From: Rhina ancylostomus
Taxonomy: Eukaryota
DNA length: 64,000 nt
Assembly (NCBI GenBank): GCA_030265395.1
Contig: JARFYF010000052.1
Location: 109,327,433-109,391,432 of the forward strand
Reading direction: 5' to 3'
This document shows positions 1 to 11,914 of the stretch, piece by piece. The notes under the pieces were generated by a model, which worked only from the letters and a program-made list of their open reading frames with translations, was not told where the DNA came from and made no database searches. The translations under genes and the position numbers were made by a program. Position 1 is the first letter of the stretch. Each line of letters begins with the position of its first letter.

Positions 1-289
1 ATGAAAACCTAATTTGTGAAGGGAAGTTATTAATGCTCTTTCAAAAGAAAAGCTAACACTTGATATCAAGCCAGAATCCAGGCTATATACAGTTTTTACT
101 AGACATGCCAAGGTTGTGTGGGAAAGTGCTTTGATGTATTGAATTAATTACAACTAGGTTCTATTTTTTTCCAGGGAGAGTATTTGTGGTCTCATTTAAG
201 TCCTAATTGGAAATCTGTGTTGTTAAAAGCAGACTGAGTGTTAAGACTCATGTTGAGATTGGGTATGAGCATGAGCATGATCAAGGAGA

Positions 290-1075
290 TCCAACATAGT
301 TGTGGATGGCTAATTTCGTTGAGGGGCACCATTTACAGGTAGATGAGAGAGTGCCCTTGAACATTATCTCTGTGATCTCCCAGGTGACATTCAATCAGAT
401 TTCAACAAAAGACAAATGGCAAAATTGAGAGTGCATGGAATTGGAAGCATACTTTTGATTCAGGTTGGAAATTGGTTGGGAGGTGGGAGATAAAGAATGG
501 AGTTAACAATTATTGTTGCAAATTAGCAGAATCTGATAAATCATGCTGCCAGGGACAACAACTTTTCATCATTTGTGAAGAGTTGCATTACAAATTTGTA
601 GATCACACTAAGTCATCAGAGAAAGTAAACAGTGTAGATGTTTGCAGGAAGTAGAAAAGGCACAGAGATAAATGAAGTGCATGACCAGATCAGAGATGAG
701 TTTACTGTAGATTTGTGTGAGATTATAGATCTAAGAGNNNNNNNNNNNNNNNNNNNNNNNNNNNNNNNNNNNNNNNNNNNNNNNNNNNNNNNNNNNNNNN
801 NNNNNNNACATAAATCAGTTCAAGCCAGAGGTTGGTTACAAACACAAATAAAAAGATTAACTGACTTTTGACAGTTATCTCAAGGAATACAAAGAGATAC
901 ATTCCCTTTCATTTATATAAAGCCTGAGTCAGATCCCATCTGAAGGATTATGTTCAGTTTGGGATACCACATCACAGAAAGGAGATATTGCCTTTTAGGG
1001 GATGCACTTTAGATTCACTGTAATAAATCTGGGACTTGGAGGGTTATATTGCAGGGTCAATTTGCATAAACATTT
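290..1075 (+). mobile_element. Decayed CR1-type LINE, reverse-transcriptase fragments
   Basis: Degenerate CR1 ORF2 signatures (LY.AL.R..L..YVQF..PH-like at ~910-975), many stops. Confidence 0.5.
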
Positions 1076-1454
1076 TGCTTTAGAGAAAACTCTTTTCCTT
1101 CTAACTTCCTTAATATATACAGTTATTATATATCTCTCAAATCCTCAGTCTCACTTCTCAACAGAGTATTTTGACTAATTGAGGTAAGAACAGTCATAGC
1201 TTTCAGTCTCCAGATCTACCCTGCACACTTACTCACTCTGAAATGGCTTGTTAGGACAGTTAGGACATTTCAGGACAGTTGAAAGTCAACCCCATTTGAT
1301 GCGAGTCCAGTGTCATATATATGTCAGACTGGGTAAGAATAACAGATTTCTTTCCCAGATGGAAATTAATAAATTGGATAGGTTTGTACTGCAATCCAGT
1401 AGTTTCATCATCGTTGTTACTGATACAAGCATGAATTAAAGAATTCCTCTGATG

Positions 1455-1730
1455 GGAGTCAAGACAAGGGTGTACAATTTCAAAGTTAGAGTTCAGACAT
1501 TCATTTGTAAAATCATTTTCACAAGGGATAATAGAAATATGGAATTCTCTCATCTTTTAGATTGAGGATTCTCAGATATTTGGAGTTTCAAGAGATTAGT
1601 ATGTTTTTGTTTGGCAAGGCTATTGAGAGATACAGAGGGAAATCAGAGCTGAGGTACAGATCAGTCATAATGTAATTGAATAGTGAATTAAGCTCTTGGG
1701 TTGAAAGGCCTCCTGCTCTTATTTTCTTAT
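1455..1730 (+). mobile_element. Decayed CR1 3' end
   Basis: ttttcacaag...tggaattctct; gatcagtcataatgtaattgaatagtg...ggcctcctgctcttattttcttat tail. Confidence 0.5.
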
Positions 1731-2278
1731 CTCAATTAGTTGTTAAAAAATGTTGAGAAGTGAGATTTAGGATAAAGGAGATCCTAAAAATTTTGCATTT
1801 TTTCGAAGAGTTACGAGAAATAAATTCGTGCTGCTTAAGGCTGGTCATTAACAAGTGATCTGGGGACAGCATTAAGGGATACAACAATAATGTCTCAATG
1901 CTGTCCTTAATGAACCAAAATAACAAATTTCACTTGGGATTTTCTTACCATTCAACTCAGTATTGTGAATCAAATTGAGAACGAAGAAATGAAATTGGAC
2001 ATCTTCATTGTCTTCTTATATAATAGAAAATACCCAAAGAAGTTATTTTCAAGAGACATCAGTTAAGAAAATATTAACTTTTCAATGCTAGTGCAGAGCA
2101 ACCACTGTAAAGGTTGCTAAGTCAGTGTACTATGTGAAAATTCATTATTTCTGAAGAGAAGAGTTGGGCCCACAGCCAGCAAGCTGAATCAGTGAATCAC
2201 TGATAACAGAACGGTAAGTGATATGGAAGATATACATGGACCAGTTAGGCTTGAGGATTCTTTTTGCTCTTTCTACAG

Positions 2279-2387
2279 GTATGAATGGAAATAAATCCTT
2301 CCCAGTGTCAACTATTCTTGATAAATATAAAGTTGGAAAGGTGATTGGAGATGGAAATTTTGCAGTTGTTAAAGAATGTGTGGAACG
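2279..2387 (+). CDS. dclk2: Doublecortin-like kinase 2, exon encoding the start of the kinase domain ((G)[35 protein letters not shown](R))
   Basis: Acceptor ttctacAG at 2277-2278, donor GTAAGT at 2388; Gly-rich loop GDGNFAVV; NGN...KYKVGKVIG resembles DCLK2 more than DCLK1; phase 1 to phase 2. Confidence 0.93.
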
Positions 2388-2704
2388 GTAAGTATTATTG
2401 TAATTCTGCAAGAAACACCCTGAACATGATTCAACCCCTGGGCAAATTTGCATAACACTTCACTGAGGTTTTCATTGTATCTCTGTTTATAATAAAATAC
2501 CTAGCCTACATAAATTAATCTGTGATGGTGGGGTTAGCATGGTATCAGATGTGGTTCAAAGGTAGCATTCTCACGTCCTTAAACAGATTATAGGTTCAGG
2601 GCCTTCAGGAAAAAGTGTAACTAAACATAATATTCTAGTACTAATGAGTATTGAAATGTCAGTAGTGCCATTTTTTAGACAAAGCACCTCACCTGGTAAA
2701 TGCT

Positions 2705-3215
2705 CTAAATGCGAAGTTCGGGAAACCAATGTTGAGGCCAACCTGACGGTAACCCCTCCCCTCTTCTCCCTCTTTATTTTCTCCTTCTCTCATTCCTGTG
2801 GCCCCCTCCCTCCTTTTTCCCCTTCCCCCACCATCATGACCTGCCTAACCTCTCTCCCGTTCTCAATACTTGCCTATCTATTCCCACCTCCCCTTTATTT
2901 CATGGTCCACTGCCCTCTCCTACTGGATTCCTTCTTCAGCCCTTTGTCTCTTCTACCTATCACCTCTCAGCTTATTANNNNNNNNNNNNNNNNNNNNNNN
3001 NNNNNCTCCTCCCCCATACCCTCCTCCTCTCACCTGGACTCGCCTATCACCTGCCTGAATGTACTCCTCCCCCTTCCCCGATCATCTTATTCCAGCTTCT
3101 GCCCTCTTCCTTTCCAGTCTCCATGAAGGGTCTCGACCTGAAATGTCGACTGTTATTTTTCTCTCCATTGATGCTGCCTGACCTGCTGAGTTCCTGCAGC
3201 ATTTTGTGTGTGTTG
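2705..3215 (+). mobile_element. Penelope-like element terminal repeat (pLTR) relic with a degenerate hammerhead motif
   Basis: C/T-rich body ending in ...atgaagggtctcgacctgaaatgtcgactg...gatgctgcctgacctgctgagttcc; related copies at 10510-10715, 37415, 38000. Confidence 0.6.
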
Positions 3216-3217
3216 TG

Positions 3218-3390
3218 GGGTATATTTAAAGTGGAGGTTGCTAGGTACCTGATTAGTAAGAGTGCCAAAGGTTACAGGGAGAAGGCAGAAGAATGGGGTG
3301 AAGAGGGAAAAATAAATCAGCTATGATAGAATGGTGGAGCACACTCAATGGGCCGAATAGTCTAATTCTGTTCCCATGTCTTATGGTTTT
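3218..3390 (+). mobile_element. CR1 3' end fragment
   Basis: tatatttaaagtggaggttgctagg...aatggtggagcacactcaatgggccgaat...cccatgtcttatggt. Confidence 0.6.
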
Positions 3391-3644
3391 ATCCAGTCCA
3401 ATCTTTGTCCCTCAAACAACATCTTTAAGATGGATTTGAGGTCAATAATCCTTTATCAGAACTCATCAGAATTTACCAGAACCAGTGCTTGAGGAAATGA
3501 ATGTCCTGATGAGTGGTTATTAACTCTGTTTTTCTCTCTTCTTGAATACTTAATGACCTGCTGAATATCTCCAGTATTTTCTGTTTATGTTTCAGATTTG
3601 CAGCATCTGCAGATTTTTGCTTTTCATTTCCTGTTTATGTATTC

Positions 3645-4225
3645 ACTTTTCAGGATGTGAGCCTCACTAGCAAGGCATTTATTCACTAACTGTCCTTGAG
3701 AACATAATAGTAAGCCACTTTCTTGAACTGTTGCAGTCCTTCTGGTGAATGTTGTCCACAGTTCTGAGTAGAACCATCAATAATGAAGGAATGGCAATGT
3801 ATTCTCAAGTCAGGATAGTGTACAACTTGGGAAGAGCCTACAGGAAGTCATGTTCTCATGTGCCTGCTGCCCCTATCTTTCTTGGTGGTGGACATTCATA
3901 AACTTGGGAGCTGCCATCAGAGTAGCCATCTTGAATAACTGCAGTGCATTTTGTACAGCTACTGTACCCCAATGGTCAAGGGAGTGAATATTAGGCCTGT
4001 ATTCGGGAGGATTTCATAAAATGATGTGTCCTGTATAGTGTCAAGTCTCTTGAACGTTGTTGGAGCTGCACTCTTTCAGACAAGTGGAGAGTCTCGATTC
4101 ATGTTTCTGACTTGTGCCTTGTAAGTGTTAAGGGCATAGGTTGTAAGGTGGAAAATCGTTCACTGCAGGATACCCATTCTTTGATCTGTTGCTGCAGCCT
4201 CAATATTTATGTAGCTGGTCTGGTA
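3645..4225 (-). mobile_element. Old LINE 3' region; related copies at about 26740-26880, 28760-29800, 38165-38765, 45110-45450, 60340-61520
   Basis: Shared motifs between copies (ccttgagaa...gccactttcttgaac...gcagtccttctggtg); clade not assigned. Confidence 0.45.
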
Positions 4226-4248
4226 GAGCAGAAAGTGCTGCACACATT

Positions 4249-4414
4249 TGTCACAATGTTGAGCAAAGAGCAAGCTCCGAGAACCCAAATGCAGCACACT
4301 GGTACGAGACTGGAGTCAGGATGCTTCTTCTGGACCAAACACAGGCAACAACTGGAAGGAATCTTGCCTCAGGGATATGAGGTGGAGTCCCAACACAAAA
4401 CTGATATCCTAAGA
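4249..4414 (-). mobile_element. Gypsy/Ty3-like LTR 3' end, running into a gap
   Basis: Begins TGTCACAATGTTG, the reverse complement of the ...CAACATTGTGACA end at 20618 and 49312. Confidence 0.7.
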
Positions 4415-6999
4415 NNNNNNNNNNNNNNNNNNNNNNNNNNNNNNNNNNNNNNNNNNNNNNNNNNNNNNNNNNNNNNNNNNNNNNNNNNNNNNNNNNNNNN
4501 NNNNNNNNNNNNNNNNNNNNNNNNNNNNNNNNNNNNNNNNNNNNNNNNNNNNNNNNNNNNNNNNNNNNNNNNNNNNNNNNNNNNNNNNNNNNNNNNNNNN
4601 NNNNNNNNNNNNNNNNNNNNNNNNNNNNNNNNNNNNNNNNNNNNNNNNNNNNNNNNNNNNNNNNNNNNNNNNNNNNNNNNNNNNNNNNNNNNNNNNNNNN
4701 NNNNNNNNNNNNNNNNNNNNNGGAAACAAACAAGTGCTGTATCTCTAGGCTTGCCTGTAAAATGGAGCAAAACTTTGTCCCAGCTTCCCAAGTTATTCAA
4801 TGCCTCCAAAGATTTTGCTTCTTGGACAAGATTAACCAAAATATGATTTAGTGGCAACAGAAGGAAAGCAATTTTAAAAGAAACCAATTACATCAGTAAT
4901 GGCATAACAATGGGGCAAATGAAATTCAGCATTTAGCAGCTCTGAATAGCAAGCTTGGGTGACCTGAAAATTGAAAGAATGTTAAATGAATGAAGGGTGA
5001 GCATGAAATGTACAGTGGACATAGTGCATTGCATGAATCGACCTTTGTTTACAGAAAGTTTGTTGGAGTTAGCTGGCACCCAGATTGAAAATCAGGTGGG
5101 ATGGAAGCTGTTGTCGGTACAGTTTTGAAATCTGATTCACTTAATTTCCACCTAGACATAAAGTTGATCAATCCTATTCCAAAAGTTTGTTTCAATATGT
5201 GTGTGTGTTTTAAACCTTAAGAAACCAGCCAAGGAAAAGAGCAGTTTTCATTGGTTTATAGAAATAAAAGTTAAAATTGATTAAAAATAGCCCACAGAAA
5301 CAAATGCTGATGCTACTTTGTCTTCCCAACCATGGCTTATAGTAGTTGAGGCAGTCAGTCTGAAAGTGTACCAACATTTCTGTCCACCAGAAATATGAAA
5401 GAAAGCCCATGACTTTGAATCGCTATCCATTTTATTTGGACCAGGATCTACATCTACCCCAAACTTGCCCATTTATGCTAGAGAGGGCTATGACCAAAGC
5501 TGTTGGTTTGTTGGGGAAATTCCCAAATATGGTATAATCACAGACCTTGTCTGACAGGGAAAGTGAAGCATCTGTCTTTCAGCTTTCAATCATATAACTC
5601 AGCTTGCAGGAAAGGCAATGATAGTGGAGGGTTGGTAGAAACACCAAACCTTTTGATAGACTGCCCACTCCTACTTCCCCTGCCTGCCTCTCCTGCTCGA
5701 GCAGGTGGTCACTGAGTAACAAGGCCTGTCACTCATATTTAATTAAGCCAGGGAATTTCCCTCACTGCCTGCTACTCCAGTGGAAATTCCTAATAGGCAC
5801 ATCCTGACACTTCCATTGGAATTGATTTCTAGACCTAATGATATCACCATCATAGTCATTATGTTTGGAAAAGATATCAGATATTGCTCCTTGCAATGTA
5901 ACTAGAATATCACACAACTAATGAAGTATACTGAATCAGATGTTTTCCTCAGACAATGCTGTGAGCATTCCTTGAGAGTTTCCCAATGTGTTCCTAGAAT
6001 TTCATTCTGAAATTTTTATATTTTGTTATAAATATTTGCCTATGTATGCAGGATTCTTGGAGTCATAATCTTCCTTATTTCCAAGGATAGTTTGATTCTA
6101 CAGATATCAAGAGAACCATTGCTTAGCTGATCCTTGTGGAGTGTGGGTTCAGTCAACCATACTCACTGTTCATCTATCCTTTGGCTGTCTCCAGCGAACA
6201 TACTCTTTCAACTGTGTGAAGAATTTTCCACTATTGCTTCCAAAACTCTACTATCAAGCAGAAGTAGGCATACATGTTCACCTTTATAACATTAAGAACC
6301 CATGAGCACACCTCTCCAAAAGCCAGCAAATTTGAATTCTTGAATACGCCACTGCATGCAGGGACTCAGACTTTCAGTGGAAGCTGTACTAAGGGAAGCA
6401 CAGGACAGAGATTTATATCCTGCAAGGTTGGTTCACCAAAGGATCAAAGAACACTCCTCTACTTCATATGTTAAGAGGAACTCACCACATATTATCTTAT
6501 ACAGTGGCACAGTTTAGCAGTTTGAATCTGATAAATGTGTTAAGTGCAGCAAGCAGATTTTATCAATTAGTACAGATTCAGGCTTCACGTAGGATCAAAG
6601 CAGTACTGAGCTGACACAAAATTTGTTAATGTTAGAAGGGGTGATGAGCCATTTGCCCATTGTCACGACTGGGAAATATACATCTCTTGGTGAGGACTCC
6701 AGAACACTGGGGTGTATAGCTTAAATAAAAATGTTACTGTAAAAATCCTCCTGGAAAAATTATACAGTTCCCCATCGATTAGTGACTGTGGATCAATAGT
6801 TAGACTAGATCAGAACCCAAAGAGCCAGCTGAAAATAATAATGTTAATAACAATAAAGCTTGCTGGTAGTATAGTGAGCAGCTGTGGAGATGAAGGAAAT
6901 TCCACTTTGAAAGAGGGAAAATATTTCAAAATATTCTTGCAGAATGAAAATGATTTTTGTACCATGAAGAAGATACTTAAGTACCTATATTTTACTCAG

Positions 7000-7057
7000 G
7001 TCCAGTGGCAAAGAGTTTGCACTGAAAATAATCGACAAGGCCAAGTGCAGTGGTAAG
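7000..7057 (+). CDS. dclk2: DCLK2 exon ((R)SSGKEFALKIIDKAKCSGK), catalytic Lys
   Basis: tactcAG acceptor, GTAAGA donor, 58 bp, phase 2 to 0; KEFALKIIDKAKC is DCLK2-type. Confidence 0.95.
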
Positions 7058-7771
7058 GTAAGAAGATTTCCGACTGGCTATTGTTCTCCTACGAAACTTG
7101 ATTAAATTTTGGAATGTGCAATTAATATTACTCATGCACTTTCATCTGGCAAAAAGCATAGAGTCAGGACTATCAGGTATAATACAATATTACAGAGGAA
7201 CGGGTTTGGAGCAATGCATTTTCTGGAATTTGCTTAATCATGTTTAGGGGGTCAGTGAGGAATTTCCCATATGTCCTGCACTAAATTACTGAAGGGTTTT
7301 ATTCTGTGTTTTTAGTTTGCCTCATCCCTAAAATTCTGTGGCTTCTGATATATAGGGAGATAATAGGTGTTATACAGTTCATTTGCACCTTGACCGTATG
7401 AGACAGCTCCACAGAAGAGTTCACCTTTTCTAGCCTGCCACTCTTATATATTTGTATGCCAACTTAGTTCTCATTGAACAATGCATCCAAATGGTATCCA
7501 AAAGAAACCAATGACCATTTAATTATATCCATCATTCCCCAGTTATTGTTCATTGCTTATTGAGAGCAGGACATCAATGGACCAGAATGAACTCACTGGC
7601 CCTGCAGCTTCACCAATATTTTGCAACAACTTTAAGGCATTGGTTCATTCACCATCCTGTAAATGGATGAAGCTTCAGATGGTAACTAGACCTGGGTTTA
7701 AAAACAGCTGGAATTGATTTAAGTAATTATGTAATTAAAAATATTTTTAAAACATTCTAAAAAAATCTTTG

Positions 7772-8255
7772 AAATCATAGAATCTGAAAATGTACAACAA
7801 AGAAGATGCCTTTTGTGTCTGTGTCTAAAAAGAGCTGCCCAGCCTTATCCCACCTTCCCTGACTGGCCCATTATCCTTAAGGTAATGGATCTTCAAGTAC
7901 TCAACCAAGTATTTTTTTAAAGTTTCTGTCTCTACCACCCCAATAGCAGTGAGTTTCAGACCTCTACACACTCTGGGTGAAAAAATACTTCCTTCTTCTC
8001 TCAAATCTTTCTAATAATTACATTAATGCTATGCTTCCTGTTGTTGACTGCTCTGCAAAGGCAAGTAGGTCTTCCTTTTTACTCTGTCTAAGCCCCTCAT
8101 AACTTCATATACTATTAATTCTTACTTCAGCCCCTCTGTTCAAAAACAAAACAATCTTAGCTCAACCAATCTGAGCTCATAGCTGCAATTTTCCAGTCCC
8201 ATCAACATCCTCTTAGATGTCCTCTCACCCTTCCCAGTGCAAATACAACTTTCCT
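7772..8255 (-). mobile_element. Decayed CR1 3' end
   Basis: aatcatagaatc tail; gagtttcagacctctacacactctgggtgaaaaaa; actctgtctaagcccctcataac. Confidence 0.55.
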
Positions 8256-9099
8256 GTTATATGGTACTTGCCTAGGAAAGAAGTAGAGAGATACAGGCTT
8301 TATGTGGGCAAATGGGAATAGCATAGATACGCTTCACATTCGGCATAGATGAGTTGGGCCCATGGGGCCCAGCAGTGGCTCCATATTACAAAAATCAAAG
8401 GACCAAGTACTCAGCTTTGTAAAAATGAATTTATTAAAATATATATCTATTTAAAAACAATTCATTATCAGTAAAGTATCACAAAGGCCAAATTGAGAAA
8501 GCATGTTTTTAAATTTAAAAAAAACAGAACTAAAACCAAGTAGAGAGCTTTTTTTAAGATCAGCATTAAATCAGTGTGCCGAATTTCCTTTTGTGCTGTA
8601 AAATGAACCTGTGTATTTAAATATCAAGATATTACACCAATATGCACCAATCTTTCTAAGTAGACCTATTTTGAAGTCCTTGTACCCACTTCCCATTGAA
8701 ATTCTGGCCATCAGGAAATTGAACCAGTGCTTTGTGTCACAATATATCCATCATATTTTGCAGATGTGATGATGCCTTCAGCATGTGGCATCACTTAGAA
8801 ACAGAAATTGGATAAAAAGGTTGCAACTTATAACCTTGTAAATAACTCATAATAAGATGAAGAATAAATCCCATTGAAGACAGTGAACTGTGAATTAAAG
8901 CAATCTCCCACTATAGAACATCAATTTATTTGCAAATTGATTATAATTTATTAAAGCATGAATGGTGGCTTTTGTGATTTTCGTGTGAAATTGGATTTAG
9001 CATTGGAGCTATATACAGCACCCATTTAGCATATCAAGATTCCTAAAATACAATTTCTAATAATAAATAATAGTATTAAAAATTTTGATGAACCTATTC

Positions 9100-9402
9100 C
9101 ATAGCAACAGAGAATGAAAACATTTGGCTCAATAAGTTAATGCTAGCTGCTAGAGCATTCCTCTTCCCTCACTTGTTTCCCTATAACCTATTCTCTCTCA
9201 CAAGCCCATTAATACCCCCATGATTCTTTTGTTACCAGCCTATACTTGGGATAGTATACAGGAACCAATTAAGCTACCAACCAGCACATATTTGGAATGT
9301 GGGAGGACATCAGAGCACCCAAGTGTGGGAACCACACAATGACAGGGAAAATGTACAAGTGCCACAGACAGCACCAGAGGTCAAGATTAAACCAAGGTCA
9401 CT
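9100..9402 (-). mobile_element. V-SINE (HE1-like) copy
   Basis: tttggaatgtgggagga...gagcaccc...gggaaaatgtacaag...cacagacagcacc, like the copy at 31027-31292. Confidence 0.6.
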
Positions 9403-9502
9403 NNNNNNNNNNNNNNNNNNNNNNNNNNNNNNNNNNNNNNNNNNNNNNNNNNNNNNNNNNNNNNNNNNNNNNNNNNNNNNNNNNNNNNNNNNNNNNNNNN
9501 NN

Positions 9503-9669
9503 AAGAAGTTCTCAGATGGGCGCATGGATGTGAGGGAAATGGTAGGATATGGGCCCTGTGTAGGCAGAAGGGATTAGTTTAGTCGTGCATTTTATTACTA
9601 AAGTTATCGGTTCAGCACAACATTGTGGGCCAAAAGGCCTGTTCCTGTGCTGTACTGTTCTATGTTCTA
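9503..9669 (+). mobile_element. CR1 3' tail
   Basis: Similar to 43740-43892; ends cctgtgctgtactgttctatgttcta. Confidence 0.65.
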
Positions 9670-10509
9670 AAGGCATCTAGGTGTGTGGTTGTGTGGGAAT
9701 GTGGATTTGAGATAGGGTTGATGGAGGAAAAGGCTCCGAGGGTCAGCTGGCTTATTCCTCCTCTTTTCCTTGTTTTTATGTTAGTTCATGGGCTGGGAAG
9801 AGGGAAATTGTGCTGCTTTAATACTAGTTATCTGACCTCCAGCAAAAGTTGCTGGACCAGGTGTACCTAATCTATCCACAGACCTAGCTTTCCAAAGCCT
9901 GGTGTCCAGGCATGTTAGTGTAAACCCCGGCCACACAAGTATGAAACAAATTGCCTGGGGGACGTCTCCAGTAGCCACTGTCAAGTTCTGGCTCCTTGCC
10001 AACTCAATTTTTGCTCAAACCATCTTTTCGCCACGTTTCCCACAATAGATGCTTTGTGGGATTTCTGAAAGAAGTGATGAATTGAAGCAGTGAACTGCGG
10101 GGCACTTGGAACTAGGTTTCTCGGGTATCTCAGGACTGCCTCTTTCAAGCCAGAAGACAAAAGACTTTCATCCGGCTGGATTAGTAGTCCTAAAGGTGTT
10201 GAATTGTGTGGATTACAAAATGGGTGCAGGACCTGGTTGTTGTTCTCCATTCTGCATTCGATGCTAAACACTGTCTGTCCATTGTACATTTTACACCTAA
10301 CCTGGTGCAACAGCTGACTTCTCAAAAGTTTTTTGTTACTTTGACAACACAGAGTATTATTCACTGCTGCACTGAGCTCGTAGAGCATTTCCATAATGGA
10401 ACTGGGTTAGTGAGTGGTGACGAGGGAATCTAGGTTCTGCAATCACATTAGATCTTTGCATTATCTCTCCTGTTTCTGGCCCCTTTGCCTACCAGCACAG
10501 TTGGGGTCT

Positions 10510-10715
10510 GGAGCAACAAACAATCTGCTGGAGGAACTCAGTTGGGCAGCATCTGTGGGAGGAAAGGAACCGTCGACGTTTTGGGTCCTGATGCAGGACT
10601 TCGACCTGAAATGTCAACGGTTCCTTTTCCCTCACAGATGCTGCCTGACCCGCTAAGTTCCTCCAGCGGTTTGTTTGTCACTCCACATTCCAATATCTGC
10701 AGTCTCCTATGTCTC
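10510..10715. mobile_element. Palindromic Penelope-like pLTR fragment (inverted pair) with a hammerhead-like apex
   Basis: Arm 10510-10587 is the reverse complement of arm 10603-10684; CTGATGC-AGG-loop-CCT-GAAA-TG-TC at 10588-10615. Confidence 0.65.
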
Positions 10716-10937
10716 CACAGTCGGGATCTGTGTTGGAACAGTTCCAGCCAGGCCATGAGGTGGCCGGGGACTGCCATCCAAGTCTTCTGTCCACCTAATT
10801 ACAGACACTCAAAGTGGTGTTAATTGGGGTGTGATCAGTGGCGAGTAAATGGGAGTAAGCAATTTGGTGCATACTACGCTGGTGGTGTCCAGAGTATTGC
10901 ATCACTTCTCACTATATAGAAGAGAAAATACAAAGGC

Positions 10938-11451
10938 TGGCTTGCTTACTATGCAGTTGTACAAGATGTTGGTGAGACTGCACTTGGAGTATTGTGTACA
11001 GTTTTGGTCACCCTGTTATGGGAGAGACATCATTAAACTGGAAAGAGTGCAGAGAAGATTTATGAAGATGCTGTCAGGAATCAAGAGCCTGAATTATAGA
11101 GAGAGGTTGAGCAGGCTAGGACTTTATTCCTTGGAAGGTACAAGATTGAGGGGCGACCTTATTGAGGTGTATAAAATCATGAAGGGTATAGATAGGGTGA
11201 ATGCATATAATCTTTGTCCCAGGGAAGGGGAACTAAAAACTAAAAGGAATTGATTTAAGGTGACAGGTGAAAGACTTAAATGGTACAATAACAACATTCA
11301 AAAGACACTTGGATAAGTACGTGGATAAGAGGGGTTAAGAGGGATAAGGGCCAAGTGTGGACAAATGGGACTAGCTTGGTGGGCAACAAGGTTGGCATGG
11401 ATAAGTTGGGCCAAAGGGCCTGTTCCCATGCTCTATTACTCTATGACTCTA
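10938..11451 (+). mobile_element. CR1 LINE 3' end (ORF2 C-terminus and 3' UTR)
   Basis: LYKMLVRLHLEYCVQFWSPCY..DIIKLERVQRRF...LGLYSLE..RLRGDLIEVYKIM; ctctatgactcta tail. Confidence 0.88.
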
Positions 11452-11914
11452 ATAACTAGACAATATGGGCATAAGTGAATTGGTAAAAGGATCAGTGTGA
11501 ATTTGAGGGGAAAAAATTCACACAAAGTATGGTGGTGGTCTGGAACTCACTCCTTGAAAGGATATTGGCAGTAGGAACCTTCATCGCGTTTTAAAATCCA
11601 GAATGGGCATCTGACATCCTAAAACCTTTAGGGCAATATACTAAGCTGGGAAGTGGGATTAGTCTAAATACCTTGTTTTTAACCTGTTTCTGTGACATGA
11701 ATTTCTTTGATTCTATTCTCTGACCAAGGTATTATCTCTAATCTCAGTAATAAAATGTAGTTACCAATTTAATGATATCATCTAGCTGGCAGATGCCTTG
11801 CCCGCTGGGAATGTGTGTTTGTAATTTATGCACAACCCACAATATTGTGCCACATATAAACTGTACCAAAATGGAGTTTCAGTTGACAATATATCTCAAG
11901 CAATCCATGCTGTT

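Noticed and set aside
10849-11253. 134-aa ORF (and the 147-aa ORF at 43014-43457) as novel genes
   Set aside because: Truncated CR1 ORF2 fragments
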